Virus record (IMG/VR): IMGVR_UViG_3300017700_000784
Span: 1-64,000 of that record
Strand: one strand, 5' to 3'
DNA length: 64,000 nt
From: a virus
Lineage: Duplodnaviria > Heunggongvirae > Uroviricota > Caudoviricetes
Shown here one piece after another: positions 54,903 through 64,000 of this stretch (its first letter is position 1; each line of letters opens with the position of its first letter). A program made the position numbers and the translations under genes. A model generated the notes under the pieces. That model did not search any database, was not told where the DNA came from, and saw only the letters and a list, made by a program, of their open reading frames with translations.

Positions 54903-57554
54903 ATGTATCCTGATGATAACTGTTCAGATTGTCCTGACTGCCCAGAAGTAATAACACCTCTACCATTACCAGATCTTTCTGGATTATGTGGGGATACTTA
55001 TGATCTAAGTTGTGTTATATATACTGGTCCTGCTATACCTTGTATGGGTATTACAGCAAATATGTTTATTACAGATATACTTGATCTTTTTGTTGAAGCT
55101 AGTACTAAATGTGATTGTTGTAAAGAACCTCCTCAAGATTGTGTACTTGGTCCATGGTCAGATTGGGGAGCATGCCTATGTGTAGATGTTTTAGGCACTG
55201 TTACATGTACTCAAACAAGAACTAGACCTGTTGTTACTGCTCCTGCAAATGGAGGTGTATTATGTGGTCCTTTATCAGAAACAAGAGATTGTACTCCTGA
55301 TGATGTATGTTTTACTTTTGGAGGATATTTGTGTGAAACTTATGAAGCTGTTCAAGTTACTAAATCTGTTTCAGGTATATATAATAATAAACCTTATTAT
55401 TCTTTTACTCAATGTGGTGTCATTTTTAATATTTGGTGGGAAACTTCTGATAACAAATGGCATTGTAATACAGATATGGGAGGAGTTAAAATTCCTGCTA
55501 TAACAGATCAGACACTTGATAATGGTAATTTATACTATCCTATATCAAACAATACTACTCAACTATGGATAAACCAAAATACTGGTTTAACTTTATTTTT
55601 AATAAGTACTACACTTACAACATGTCCTCCTGTAGAAATATGTTTTTCTCTTACTATAGAAGGAAGCACTCATCCTTTTACATTATATTTTAATACTGGA
55701 CCAAGTGCTACAAATACTAATAGTGGTAATTATCCTTTTTATAATTTTAATGTAGTAGTTGAAGCTAATAATTATAATATAAACATAGCATATGATTTTG
55801 ATATTCCTAGATGGGTTGCTACAAGTGTAGAATTAGGTACTATAGGATATCTTAATACTAATGCTTTTTTACCTATTGGTACTTGGGTTCCAAATCCAAC
55901 TAATATTGGTAATTATATGGTTAATTCAGTATTATCTGATACTTGTGTGGTACCAGAGGATGTTGATTGTGTAGTAACTTGGGGACCATGGGAAGATTGT
56001 GGTCCAGGAGGAACTCAGAATAGTTATGGTGTTATAACTACTCCACCTAGTGGTAATGGTGCACCATGTCCTTCTCTTATTCAAACACAAGATTGTGCTT
56101 TTCCTTTTTGTAATCCTCCTTCAAATGTAGTAATTACTATTTCAGGAGCAGATTTGATTATAAGTTTTACAGCTGCATCAGGAGCTAGTACTTATGATGT
56201 TGTATATAGTACAAATGGAGGGATTAGTTATACTACTATAAATACACCTACTTCACCTGTAAGTTTTCCTTATACCTGTGGGTTAACTTATACAGGATAT
56301 GTAGTTACACACTGCACTAATGGAGTTACTAGTAATCAGGTTCCTTTTAACATAACAGTACCTGATTGTCCTGCTGGACCTTTATGTGCTGATTTACTTG
56401 AGCCTTTTGTTACTGGAGTACAGACAGGAGGAGGAGTATATACTTTTAAGATTAACAATGATGGTTTCTATAATGCTTTATTCCCTAATACTGTATGGAG
56501 TACTAATGGTCTTGTATGGGCTGAAAAACTTACTTCTACAGGATTCTTTATTGGTGGTAGATTTACACAACTTCCTACAGGAGTAAATAGAAAAGGACTT
56601 GCTAAGTTAACATGTGCAGGACAAACAGATCCTAACTTTATAGTTACTTCAGGGTTTCTTGAATACACAAATTCACAAACTAACAGAGGAACAGTCTTTG
56701 CTATAGATGTAGATACAGCATTAGGAAGAGTATATGTAGGAGGTAATTTTTCTTCATGGAATGGTGTTCCTTGTAATAATATAGTTTGTCTTGATCTATT
56801 TGGAGGAGTTGTATCAGGATTTAATATAGGCACCGGATGTCAAAATGGGGGCCTTTCTACTCCTTATCCAAGTGCTGCTGTAAATACATTAAAAGTACAA
56901 GCAGATGGAAAAGTACTTATAGGTGGACAATTTACTACTTATAATGGAACTACTGTTGTAGGTTTAGCAAGAATTAATACTAATGGTACTTTAGATACAG
57001 GATTAGTACAAGGCACCGGTTTATCTTTTCTTCCTAATGCTGTTACAGTAAGAGACATACAAGTAGACTCTAGTAATAGAATTTATGTAGCAGGAGATTT
57101 TGCAAGTTATAATGGTAATATTAGCACATGTCTTGTAAGGCTTTTGGCTAATGGTAATTATGATTCATCATTTAGTATAACTAATAAATTTACATTTCCT
57201 GCAAGTAAGATTATAGAAAGAACTCTTATAATAGGAACTAAAGTTTATGTAGCCGGATATTTTACAGGATATAATGGAACAGCTGTTAAATATTTAGTAA
57301 GACTTAATATAGCAGATGCTACATTAGACAATACTTTTTTACTTAATAATAGTGTTGCTCCTGGAACAGCCATACTAGATATCAAAGAAGCATATAATGG
57401 TAATATTCTTATAGCAGGTGATTTACAAGGATATAGAGGTGCTACAAATAAATTTTATCATGTTCTTAATCCAGTTGATGGTGAAGTACTTGCAATACCT
57501 TATCCTGTTTTTCCTGCAGGAGTATTACAGCTTAATCATATAGGAATTGTATAA
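54903..57554 (+). CDS. large tail fibre / adhesin with TSP1-like repeats, FN3 domain and delta-60-type beta-propeller
   Basis: Shared N-module 'SCVIYTGPAIPCMGITANMFITDIL'. TSP1-like 'GPWSDWGACLC...TCTQTRTRP...CGPLSETRDC' and 'WGPWEDCGPGGTQNS...CPSLIQTQDC'. FN3-like 'PPSNVVITISGADLIISFTAASGASTYDVVYSTNGG'. Six propeller blades with 'YVGGNFSSWNG', 'LIGGQFTTYNG', 'YVAGDFASYNG', 'YVAGYFTGYNG' ... 'LARIN/LVRLL/LVRLN'. Confidence 0.6.
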   Translation: MYPDDNCSDCPDCPEVITPLPLPDLSGLCGDTYDLSCVIYTGPAIPCMGITANMFITDILDLFVEASTKCDCCKEPPQDCVLGPWSDWGACLCVDVLGTVTCTQTRTRPVVTAPANGGVLCGPLSETRDCTPDDVCFTFGGYLCETYEAVQVTKSVSGIYNNKPYYSFTQCGVIFNIWWETSDNKWHCNTDMGGVKIPAITDQTLDNGNLYYPISNNTTQLWINQNTGLTLFLISTTLTTCPPVEICFSLTIEGSTHPFTLYFNTGPSATNTNSGNYPFYNFNVVVEANNYNINIAYDFDIPRWVATSVELGTIGYLNTNAFLPIGTWVPNPTNIGNYMVNSVLSDTCVVPEDVDCVVTWGPWEDCGPGGTQNSYGVITTPPSGNGAPCPSLIQTQDCAFPFCNPPSNVVITISGADLIISFTAASGASTYDVVYSTNGGISYTTINTPTSPVSFPYTCGLTYTGYVVTHCTNGVTSNQVPFNITVPDCPAGPLCADLLEPFVTGVQTGGGVYTFKINNDGFYNALFPNTVWSTNGLVWAEKLTSTGFFIGGRFTQLPTGVNRKGLAKLTCAGQTDPNFIVTSGFLEYTNSQTNRGTVFAIDVDTALGRVYVGGNFSSWNGVPCNNIVCLDLFGGVVSGFNIGTGCQNGGLSTPYPSAAVNTLKVQADGKVLIGGQFTTYNGTTVVGLARINTNGTLDTGLVQGTGLSFLPNAVTVRDIQVDSSNRIYVAGDFASYNGNISTCLVRLLANGNYDSSFSITNKFTFPASKIIERTLIIGTKVYVAGYFTGYNGTAVKYLVRLNIADATLDNTFLLNNSVAPGTAILDIKEAYNGNILIAGDLQGYRGATNKFYHVLNPVDGEVLAIPYPVFPAGVLQLNHIGIV

Positions 57555-57561
57555 ACTAAAA

Positions 57562-57630
57562 CTTACATATGTTTTGTTGGTTTTACATATGTAAGAAACT
57601 TTCCCTTGCTTAGGCAGGGGTTTGTTTTTA
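57562..57630 (+). terminator. double hairpin; the second is a canonical rho-independent terminator
   Basis: Hairpin 1: CTTACATATG-ttttgttggtttta-CATATGTAAG (57562-57595). Hairpin 2: CCCTTGC-ttag-GCAGGGG followed by TTTGTTTTT (57603-57629). Confidence 0.65.
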
Positions 57631-57645
57631 TATAAAAAAATTAAC

Positions 57646-57653
57646 TATATTTG
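57646..57653 (+). promoter_or_regulatory. Bacteroidetes-type -7 promoter box
   Basis: TATATTTG (TAnnTTTG) 22 nt upstream of the ATG at 57676, directly after the terminator. Confidence 0.4.
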
Positions 57654-57675
57654 TATAACTTTAATTCAAAATAAT

Positions 57676-58938
57676 ATGATTTTTATTTCTAAATTAGTTT
57701 ATCAAGGTTTTAGTAGAAAAGCTTCTAGTGAAAAAGAAGCGGAGAGATTAAAGCTTAATATAAAGGATTATCTCTATATTAAGAAAAAAGTAAGAGAAGC
57801 AGTATGGTTTCTTAGAGGAGAAGTAAATGATGATGTTTTTATGAAAATAGATGAAAGTCTTACTGAATATAAACCCCAGAATACTGAAATTATAGAAACT
57901 ACTTACAATATGAAAGATAATAGTAAAACTATTACTGCATTATCTTCAGTAGAACCTAAGACTCCAGAAGAGATTATTCAACTTCTAAAAATAGATATCA
58001 CAAAATGGAGAATTTCACAAATATGGAACAAACAGAAAAGTGATAAATGGCTTATTTCTGCTTCTATAGTTCCACTTCCACAAGAGAAAATAGTAGAAGA
58101 ATCCTTTATAGATAAGTTAGCTCGTCATGACCTTCCTATGTATGACAAAATAGACCCTACATATCTTAATGTTGCATCAACAGAAAGAATATGTGGGGTT
58201 GTTTCTTTACAGGATTTACACTTTGGTAAGCCAGGTAATGAAGATCTTAAGACTGTTGTAGATGATGCTGTATTATATCTTGTAGGAAAAGCATACAAGA
58301 ACTATAATCTTGACAAACTTATATTAGTCATAGGTTCTGATACATTGAATATGGATACCTTTTCAGGCACAACTACAAAAGGGACTCCTGTAGATAATTC
58401 AGAAGTAGCCACAAAAGCTTATCTTAAAGCCTTTGATGCACTGTGTGGAGTAATAGGCAGGAGTAAAGAGTTCTGTAATGAGCTAGAGATAGTTTATATT
58501 CCAGGTAATCATGATAGATTATCTTCCTTTCATTTAGTACATGCACTTAGTCAGGTGTTTAAATTGACTGTAAGTATCACTTTTGATGTTCATTATGCTG
58601 AAAGAAAAGTAATTATGTTTGGAAAGAATATGATAGCATTAGAACATGGTGATGTAACTTCTAAAAATAACCCACTTATATATGCTACTGAGTTCTCAGA
58701 AGAATGGGGTAAATCAAAACATAGATATTTATATACAGGTCATTACCATGGTAGAAAGACTAAAGAGGTTATTACAGAGAATGAGGAGCAAGGATTTGTT
58801 ACTAGAATTCTTCCTGCATTAACCTCTTCTGATTACTATCATTACCATAATAAATGGACAGGAAATCAGAGAGCAGCTATAATACACATTCATGAATATG
58901 ACAAAGGACTTATATCTGAATTTGTCTATAGTGTATAA
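57676..58938 (+). CDS. calcineurin-like metallophosphoesterase
   Basis: Motifs 'DLHFG', 'LVIGSDTLNMD', 'YIPGNHDRL', 'ALEHGD' and 'YLYTGHYHG' (GNHD ... GHxH). The track ORF starts at TTG 57622, inside the terminator; ATG 57676 is preferred. Confidence 0.55.
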   Translation: MIFISKLVYQGFSRKASSEKEAERLKLNIKDYLYIKKKVREAVWFLRGEVNDDVFMKIDESLTEYKPQNTEIIETTYNMKDNSKTITALSSVEPKTPEEIIQLLKIDITKWRISQIWNKQKSDKWLISASIVPLPQEKIVEESFIDKLARHDLPMYDKIDPTYLNVASTERICGVVSLQDLHFGKPGNEDLKTVVDDAVLYLVGKAYKNYNLDKLILVIGSDTLNMDTFSGTTTKGTPVDNSEVATKAYLKAFDALCGVIGRSKEFCNELEIVYIPGNHDRLSSFHLVHALSQVFKLTVSITFDVHYAERKVIMFGKNMIALEHGDVTSKNNPLIYATEFSEEWGKSKHRYLYTGHYHGRKTKEVITENEEQGFVTRILPALTSSDYYHYHNKWTGNQRAAIIHIHEYDKGLISEFVYSV

Positions 58939-58993
58939 AACTAATAAAAACCTTTAAAATCTCTATAATTTTTAGTAAATTCTTATGTAAGCT

Positions 58994-59578
58994 ATGGAAC
59001 CAATAAATAAACCAGATCTTAATGCTCCAAGATATAGAAAGAGCTTTCACAATACTTTCAATCTTGAGTTTATAAAGAACTTTAGAACACGCTTTCCACA
59101 GTATAACTCATTGTCAGATAAAGATATAAAAAATATTATATATACTTTTAATGAAAATGTGTGGAAGACAACAATAACAAATAGAGATGGTGTTGAATTA
59201 CCTTCTCAAATTGGACATATTTTTATAGGCACCTGTCCAGCAGCTAAGAAAAGGTATAATATGGATATGAAAACTAGCCTTGATTATATGCTTAAGATAA
59301 AGCATAGAAACTGGGAAAGTGATCAGCATGTAGCTAAGATATTCTATACTACTTTTGGCACCAAATATAGATTTAGGAATCATGAGCTTTGGGCTTTTGA
59401 CTCTGCAAGAGTTTATAGCAGACAAGTAAGCGCTGAATATCCTGAGAAATGGAAGCTTTATGTAGAGGTAGATCCTCATAGAAAGATTTCTACCATATTT
59501 AGGAATAAGAATTATAAAAGAACCAAAGAGGAAGAGGAAAGAGAAATGTTGAAAGACTATAATGAATTTGAATTTTAA
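58994..59578 (+). CDS. hypothetical protein
   Basis: 194-aa ORF. Confidence 0.5.
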   Translation: MEPINKPDLNAPRYRKSFHNTFNLEFIKNFRTRFPQYNSLSDKDIKNIIYTFNENVWKTTITNRDGVELPSQIGHIFIGTCPAAKKRYNMDMKTSLDYMLKIKHRNWESDQHVAKIFYTTFGTKYRFRNHELWAFDSARVYSRQVSAEYPEKWKLYVEVDPHRKISTIFRNKNYKRTKEEEEREMLKDYNEFEF

Positions 59579-59583
59579 AGGCT

Positions 59584-60255
59584 ATGATTCCAGTAGGAGA
59601 AGTTTTATCCAGATTGCGTAACCAGATTAAGGCAGTAAAAAGTGATGCTTTTATTACTGATAGATTCTTGTATTCTATGGTTATGAAACACGCTAAGATG
59701 TTGATCAGAAGACAGGACTTGCGTAATAAGATTATGAAGTTTAATAGTGTATTCCAGACTCTTAACTTTGTAGAGCTTATAGAAGTAGATGCAGCTGAAT
59801 CACAATGTCACTGCATAAAAAGTGGTTGTATATTTAAGCGTACAAAAGATAAAATTCCAAATACTTTTGAAGGGCAGTTTGGACCTTTATTTAGATCTAT
59901 AATGTCTATAGATATGTCACAGGAGATTTATCCTACCTATCCTACTTTATATGAAAAGATGCTTAATCAAAAAACATTCAAGTATAACAATAAGAAATAT
60001 TATTGGTATATGGATGGTCATTTGTATTTTCCTAATATAGAATGGGATGCTATAAGAATTGAAGGTGTTTTTGAAGGTGACATAAGTGGTTATAATTGTG
60101 ATACAACAGATGATTGTATTTATATACAGGATACTATGTTTACTATTCCAGAATATTTATATGCAGAAATAGAACAAAATGTTATAAGGGATTTAGGTAT
60201 CATGCTTAATATACCTTCTGATGATACTCATGATAATAAAAATATAGTAAGATAA
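59584..60255 (+). CDS. hypothetical (structural?) protein
   Basis: 223-aa ORF. Confidence 0.5.
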   Translation: MIPVGEVLSRLRNQIKAVKSDAFITDRFLYSMVMKHAKMLIRRQDLRNKIMKFNSVFQTLNFVELIEVDAAESQCHCIKSGCIFKRTKDKIPNTFEGQFGPLFRSIMSIDMSQEIYPTYPTLYEKMLNQKTFKYNNKKYYWYMDGHLYFPNIEWDAIRIEGVFEGDISGYNCDTTDDCIYIQDTMFTIPEYLYAEIEQNVIRDLGIMLNIPSDDTHDNKNIVR

Positions 60256-61358
60256 TGGCACTTAAAGAACCTACTTATAGAACATTTGATGAACTTATGG
60301 ATAGTGTAAGACTAGACTTATATTCATGGAATCTTGAGGGCATGCTTGAATCACAACAACTTATCAAAGTTGCTATGAGAGTAAGTTATGATTTAGGATT
60401 TAAAATAAATCAGCAAAAATCAAGTGTTATAGAAATACATAAACGCAAAGGTAAATTACCTGAGGGCTTTGATGCAATGAACTATGCATTAGCTCTTGAA
60501 GATAGATATACTGAAGAAATCCCAAGTTATAATAAAACATATAGTGAGGGTATCCTTGAAGGAGTTGTTTTAGCACAGAACTTCCTTGAGCCTAGATTTG
60601 TTAATCAAGCAACTGTATATACAGACATAGTTTATGGAATAAATATTATTACTCATAATCTACAAACCATGAATGTGGTTATTCAGGTATTTAATACTGA
60701 TGGAAGCTTGCTTGACTTTGATGTAGAGATTATAGATTTGAATAACATAAGAATTATATCAGAATCTGTAGATACTATATTAGCATGTAAAGTAGTAGTG
60801 CTTGGTGCCAAGATTAGTACTGTAGGTACGTCTACTTCAGGTTCATGTCCTGCAATACTAGACTGTACTTCAGATGGTACTCCTAAAATTTATTATACCA
60901 CTAATGGTAGAAGAAATCATAGTAAGAACCTCAAACCTTTAACATTTACTGATTCCAAATCAGTATCTCCTGAGTGTGATGTTAAAAGAGGCCCTTGTAC
61001 TAACTATTATGATGTATTTATTAAGAATGGTTTTCTACATACTATGTTTGATGAAGGAGTTGTTTATATAAACTTTCAATCAATTATGGAAGATGATGAT
61101 GGTAATCTCTTAGTACTTGATAATCCTTATACTAATGAATATTATGAGTATGCTCTTAAACAGCGTGTATTTGAAAATTTATTTATGGCAGGAGAACCTG
61201 TTCAGAATCATCTGCAGCTTATGAATCAAAAACTTAAAGAGGCAAGAACTGTAGCATTAAGTTTTGTTAATACTCCAGACTTCAGAGAGATGAAAACTGT
61301 AATAGATATGAATAGAAAAGCAATGTATGCTAGATACTATAGCATGTTCAATCACTAA
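60255..61358 (+). CDS. hypothetical structural protein
   Basis: 367-aa ORF with ATGA overlap with the upstream gene. Confidence 0.5.
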   Translation: MALKEPTYRTFDELMDSVRLDLYSWNLEGMLESQQLIKVAMRVSYDLGFKINQQKSSVIEIHKRKGKLPEGFDAMNYALALEDRYTEEIPSYNKTYSEGILEGVVLAQNFLEPRFVNQATVYTDIVYGINIITHNLQTMNVVIQVFNTDGSLLDFDVEIIDLNNIRIISESVDTILACKVVVLGAKISTVGTSTSGSCPAILDCTSDGTPKIYYTTNGRRNHSKNLKPLTFTDSKSVSPECDVKRGPCTNYYDVFIKNGFLHTMFDEGVVYINFQSIMEDDDGNLLVLDNPYTNEYYEYALKQRVFENLFMAGEPVQNHLQLMNQKLKEARTVALSFVNTPDFREMKTVIDMNRKAMYARYYSMFNH

Positions 61359-61364
61359 TAAACC

Positions 61365-64000
61365 ATGGCTAAAAAGAATCAACAGGAGTCTACAAGTTCT
61401 GCTAAGACTAATACTTTTAATAAAGGTATGATTAAAGATACTTCAGATATTTATATACCTGAAGGTGTCTGGACTAATGCTATTAATGCTATAAATACAT
61501 CTCATACAGGAGATGAGGGAAACATTGGTACTGAACAGTCTAATAAATTTTGTACAACAGCTCCTTATACTATCATAGGTATTATCCACAAAGTAAAAAG
61601 TGAATGGGTAGTATTCTCTACTAATGAATTAGACTCTGAAATAGGTATTTTTGATGAGAGTGATTGTTCCTATAGATCTATAACAAATGATCCTTGTCTT
61701 AACTTTAGTATAAAATATTTAATAACCGGCGCTGTAAAATATAATCCTGATTGTAGTTATTCAGTATACTGGCAAGATAATAATAATCCAGATAGAACTC
61801 TTAATCTTGATAATGTACCTTATATATGTTATCCAAAGTTTATTGATGTAGTTAAAAAGTATAAAGAAGTTACTATTAGTACTAGTGAGCCTACTACTAC
61901 ATGTGGTATAGAGATAGCTGTTGCTGGTGCTACTGCTCCAGATCCACCTGGATATTTTGAATATCCTGTATCATTAGGAACTGCTTATGGATTAGTAACC
62001 CTTACTTTTGATGCACATCTTGTTCCAGATAGATTTATTGTAAATTTTGATGGAGTAGATGTAATAGATACAGGTTTTAGAGGTTCTTTAGGCTTTTGTA
62101 TTATTCCGGATGCTATTCCTGGTTCAGGTACTGCTACTTTTATGAAAGCCTCTATTACCAGTGTTGCTTATCTTAGAGTATATGCGCCATGTGAGGATAC
62201 TTTATGGGAAGCAACTTTAAGTTGTCCAGATCCTAATGCTCCAGGAACTCCTCCACAACCTACTAATGTAGACTCTGTATATTATCAAAATGCAGATGGA
62301 GAAGTTGTAGCTGTAAATCTTGGTTATAATGAATCTATTACAGTATGTGCTTTAGAGGGAAGTGTGGTTAATAACTTTCCTGAATATTATACTGTAGATA
62401 TAAGTAATACAATATGCCTTACTCAGTCAATAACTATTGAAGATCCAGATGCATGTGGTGAAAAAATATGTACTACTGAATTAGATTGTGATAAATTAAG
62501 ACTTCATCCTTTTGTACAACAAGCATGTGTAACTGTAAAAACTGCTATTGGTAGTGGCCAGTTACATAATGGCTCTTATCAAGCTGTTGTAGCTTATTCA
62601 CAAAATGGTATAAGAATATCAGATTACTCTATTCCTTCCCAACCTCAAGGTATTTGGGATCATACAGGAGTGGGTGGTTCTATAGATATATATGTAGGTA
62701 ATCTTGATCCTAATTATGAAGAATATGAGCTTACTATTATATCAACTATTAACCAGCAGACCGTAGCTAAAAAAATAGGTAACTATGATATAAACCAAAC
62801 TAAAGTAAGTGTAGATTTATATTTAGATAGCTTAGAAACTATTCCTCTTAGTCTTATTCCTCTTAAGTCTGTTATTTATGAGAAGTCTAAAAAGATGTTC
62901 TCTATTAATAATTATCTTATAAGAACAAGTGTAACTACACAACCTTATTTTAATTACCAACCTTTTGCCAATCAGATAAAGACTGAATGGGTCGCAGCTA
63001 AATATCCTGCAGATTATTACTGGAAAGGTGGTAATACTGTTGGTTATATGCGTGATGAAGTATATTCTTTTTTTATAAGATGGGTATATAAGACCGGTTC
63101 AAGATCTGCTTCTTTCCATATTCCAGGAAGAGCTTCTGTTCCATCTGATATGGTAGTACTTCCTTATACAAATACAGATGTATTAGATCTTACAGAAAAT
63201 AAAGTTTACCAGGTATATGATACTTCAACTAGAGTTACTGCTTCAGGTAGAACAAAGGATAATGGGGAAATTATAGCTAAAGGTAATATGGCTTATCATC
63301 AATCAACAGAGTTATATCCTAATAAACATAGAGATGTATGGGGAGACTTATGTGGTGATGCGATCAGACATCATAAAATGCCTTCTAATGAAACTATACA
63401 TATTCATGAAGATGATGGAGAAAGTATTGTATTACTTGGTGTACAGTTTAATAATATACTACATCCTGTAGATAGTGATGGTAATCCTTTAAAAGAGATT
63501 GTAGGATATGAAATATTAAGAGGCTCAAGAGAAGGAAATAGAAGTATTATAGCCAAAGGGATGTTTGGTAATATGATTGAATATGATATTGATGGTAATC
63601 CTAGTAAGAAAGGATTGTTCCAGAACTATCCATATAATGATATGAATGTAGTTGACCCTTTTATATCAGATACAGTCACACCTTTAAAGAACTATTTATC
63701 ATTTCACTCACCTGAAACTTCTTTTGTGAAGCCTTATTTAGGCTCCGGAGTATATAGTAAATTTTATACAGAAGAATTAGGTAAGACTACTGGTGCTTAT
63801 GCTTTACCTTATAAGCATCCAAAAGAGAAACTTATTACAGATACAGCCTTTGCTCTTAGTGCAATAGTAGGCTTAGGGATAGCTATTATAAATATAGTAG
63901 GTAATACTCATACAACATATGAACATAGAAGTGTAGTAGACATTAATGGTTTACCTGTAACAGTACCTCCTATGACTTTATCAGGTAATTTAACTATAGG
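61365..64000 (+). CDS. large structural protein (tail/baseplate?), 3'-truncated by the window end
   Basis: Manual translation from ATG 61365 (MAKKNQQESTSSAKTNTFNKGMIKDTSDIYIPEGVW...) stays open through position 64000, giving more than 878 codons. Missing from the ORF track because it is incomplete. Confidence 0.5.
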   Translation, partial: MAKKNQQESTSSAKTNTFNKGMIKDTSDIYIPEGVWTNAINAINTSHTGDEGNIGTEQSNKFCTTAPYTIIGIIHKVKSEWVVFSTNELDSEIGIFDESDCSYRSITNDPCLNFSIKYLITGAVKYNPDCSYSVYWQDNNNPDRTLNLDNVPYICYPKFIDVVKKYKEVTISTSEPTTTCGIEIAVAGATAPDPPGYFEYPVSLGTAYGLVTLTFDAHLVPDRFIVNFDGVDVIDTGFRGSLGFCIIPDAIPGSGTATFMKASITSVAYLRVYAPCEDTLWEATLSCPDPNAPGTPPQPTNVDSVYYQNADGEVVAVNLGYNESITVCALEGSVVNNFPEYYTVDISNTICLTQSITIEDPDACGEKICTTELDCDKLRLHPFVQQACVTVKTAIGSGQLHNGSYQAVVAYSQNGIRISDYSIPSQPQGIWDHTGVGGSIDIYVGNLDPNYEEYELTIISTINQQTVAKKIGNYDINQTKVSVDLYLDSLETIPLSLIPLKSVIYEKSKKMFSINNYLIRTSVTTQPYFNYQPFANQIKTEWVAAKYPADYYWKGGNTVGYMRDEVYSFFIRWVYKTGSRSASFHIPGRASVPSDMVVLPYTNTDVLDLTENKVYQVYDTSTRVTASGRTKDNGEIIAKGNMAYHQSTELYPNKHRDVWGDLCGDAIRHHKMPSNETIHIHEDDGESIVLLGVQFNNILHPVDSDGNPLKEIVGYEILRGSREGNRSIIAKGMFGNMIEYDIDGNPSKKGLFQNYPYNDMNVVDPFISDTVTPLKNYLSFHSPETSFVKPYLGSGVYSKFYTEELGKTTGAYALPYKHPKEKLITDTAFALSAIVGLGIAIINIVGNTHTTYEHRSVVDINGLPVTVPPMTLSGNLTI

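Noticed and set aside
52059-56833. Small Leu/Ile-rich ORFs inside fibre genes (52059-52340, 55231-55503, 56386-56586, 56468-56833)
   Set aside because: They are nested frame-shadows within long, well-supported structural ORFs.
1-64000. Genome-wide TAG-to-sense recoding, suggested by the CUA tRNA
   Set aside because: TAG terminates several well-formed ORFs (8496, 9305, 21788, 38271) and the long structural ORFs have no in-frame breaks. At most there is local suppression or read-through, not recoding.
1-64000. CRISPR array, integrase or att sites
   Set aside because: There are no spaced direct repeats. No tyrosine or serine recombinase motifs appear next to either tRNA.

Overview
The window looks like part of a large, AT-rich (about 30% GC) tailed-phage genome. 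One indicator suggests a Bacteroidetes/Flavobacteriia host: the strand-switch region carries the Bacteroidetes-type '-7' motif TAnnTTTG. Nothing here indicates lysogeny (no integrase, no att sites).

The window has two arms. Positions 1-33321 are almost all minus-strand genes and hold the auxiliary/metabolic load:
- AAA+ ATPases and vWA proteins (CobS/CobT-like pairs).
- A compact Ter-type (tellurite-resistance/stress-response) gene neighbourhood: two TerD paralogues, TerC, a TerY-like vWA protein, a HAD phosphatase and a phosphoribosyltransferase, plus a protein with a bizarre Ser/Cys-rich tail.
- An HNH homing endonuclease, SPFH/band-7 proteins, a thioredoxin and many small ORFans.
- A decaying/duplicating region (27.7-32.8 kb) with tandem paralogues, a frameshifted paralogue and unusually long non-coding stretches.

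Positions 33426-64000 are all plus-strand: a GroES-like co-chaperonin, PhoH, an initiator-like tRNA-Met, a PD-(D/E)xK nuclease, a candidate large terminase, portal, scaffold and major capsid protein, then a block of Cys-rich tail/fibre proteins. One 883-aa fibre combines thrombospondin-type-1-like repeats, an FN3 domain and a delta-60-type beta-propeller.

Two tRNAs are present. The minus-strand one at 22914-22986 folds canonically but has anticodon CUA, which is amber-reading and suppressor-like. Several rho-independent terminators and Bacteroidetes-type promoter boxes are visible. No CRISPR array, integrase or att sites were seen.
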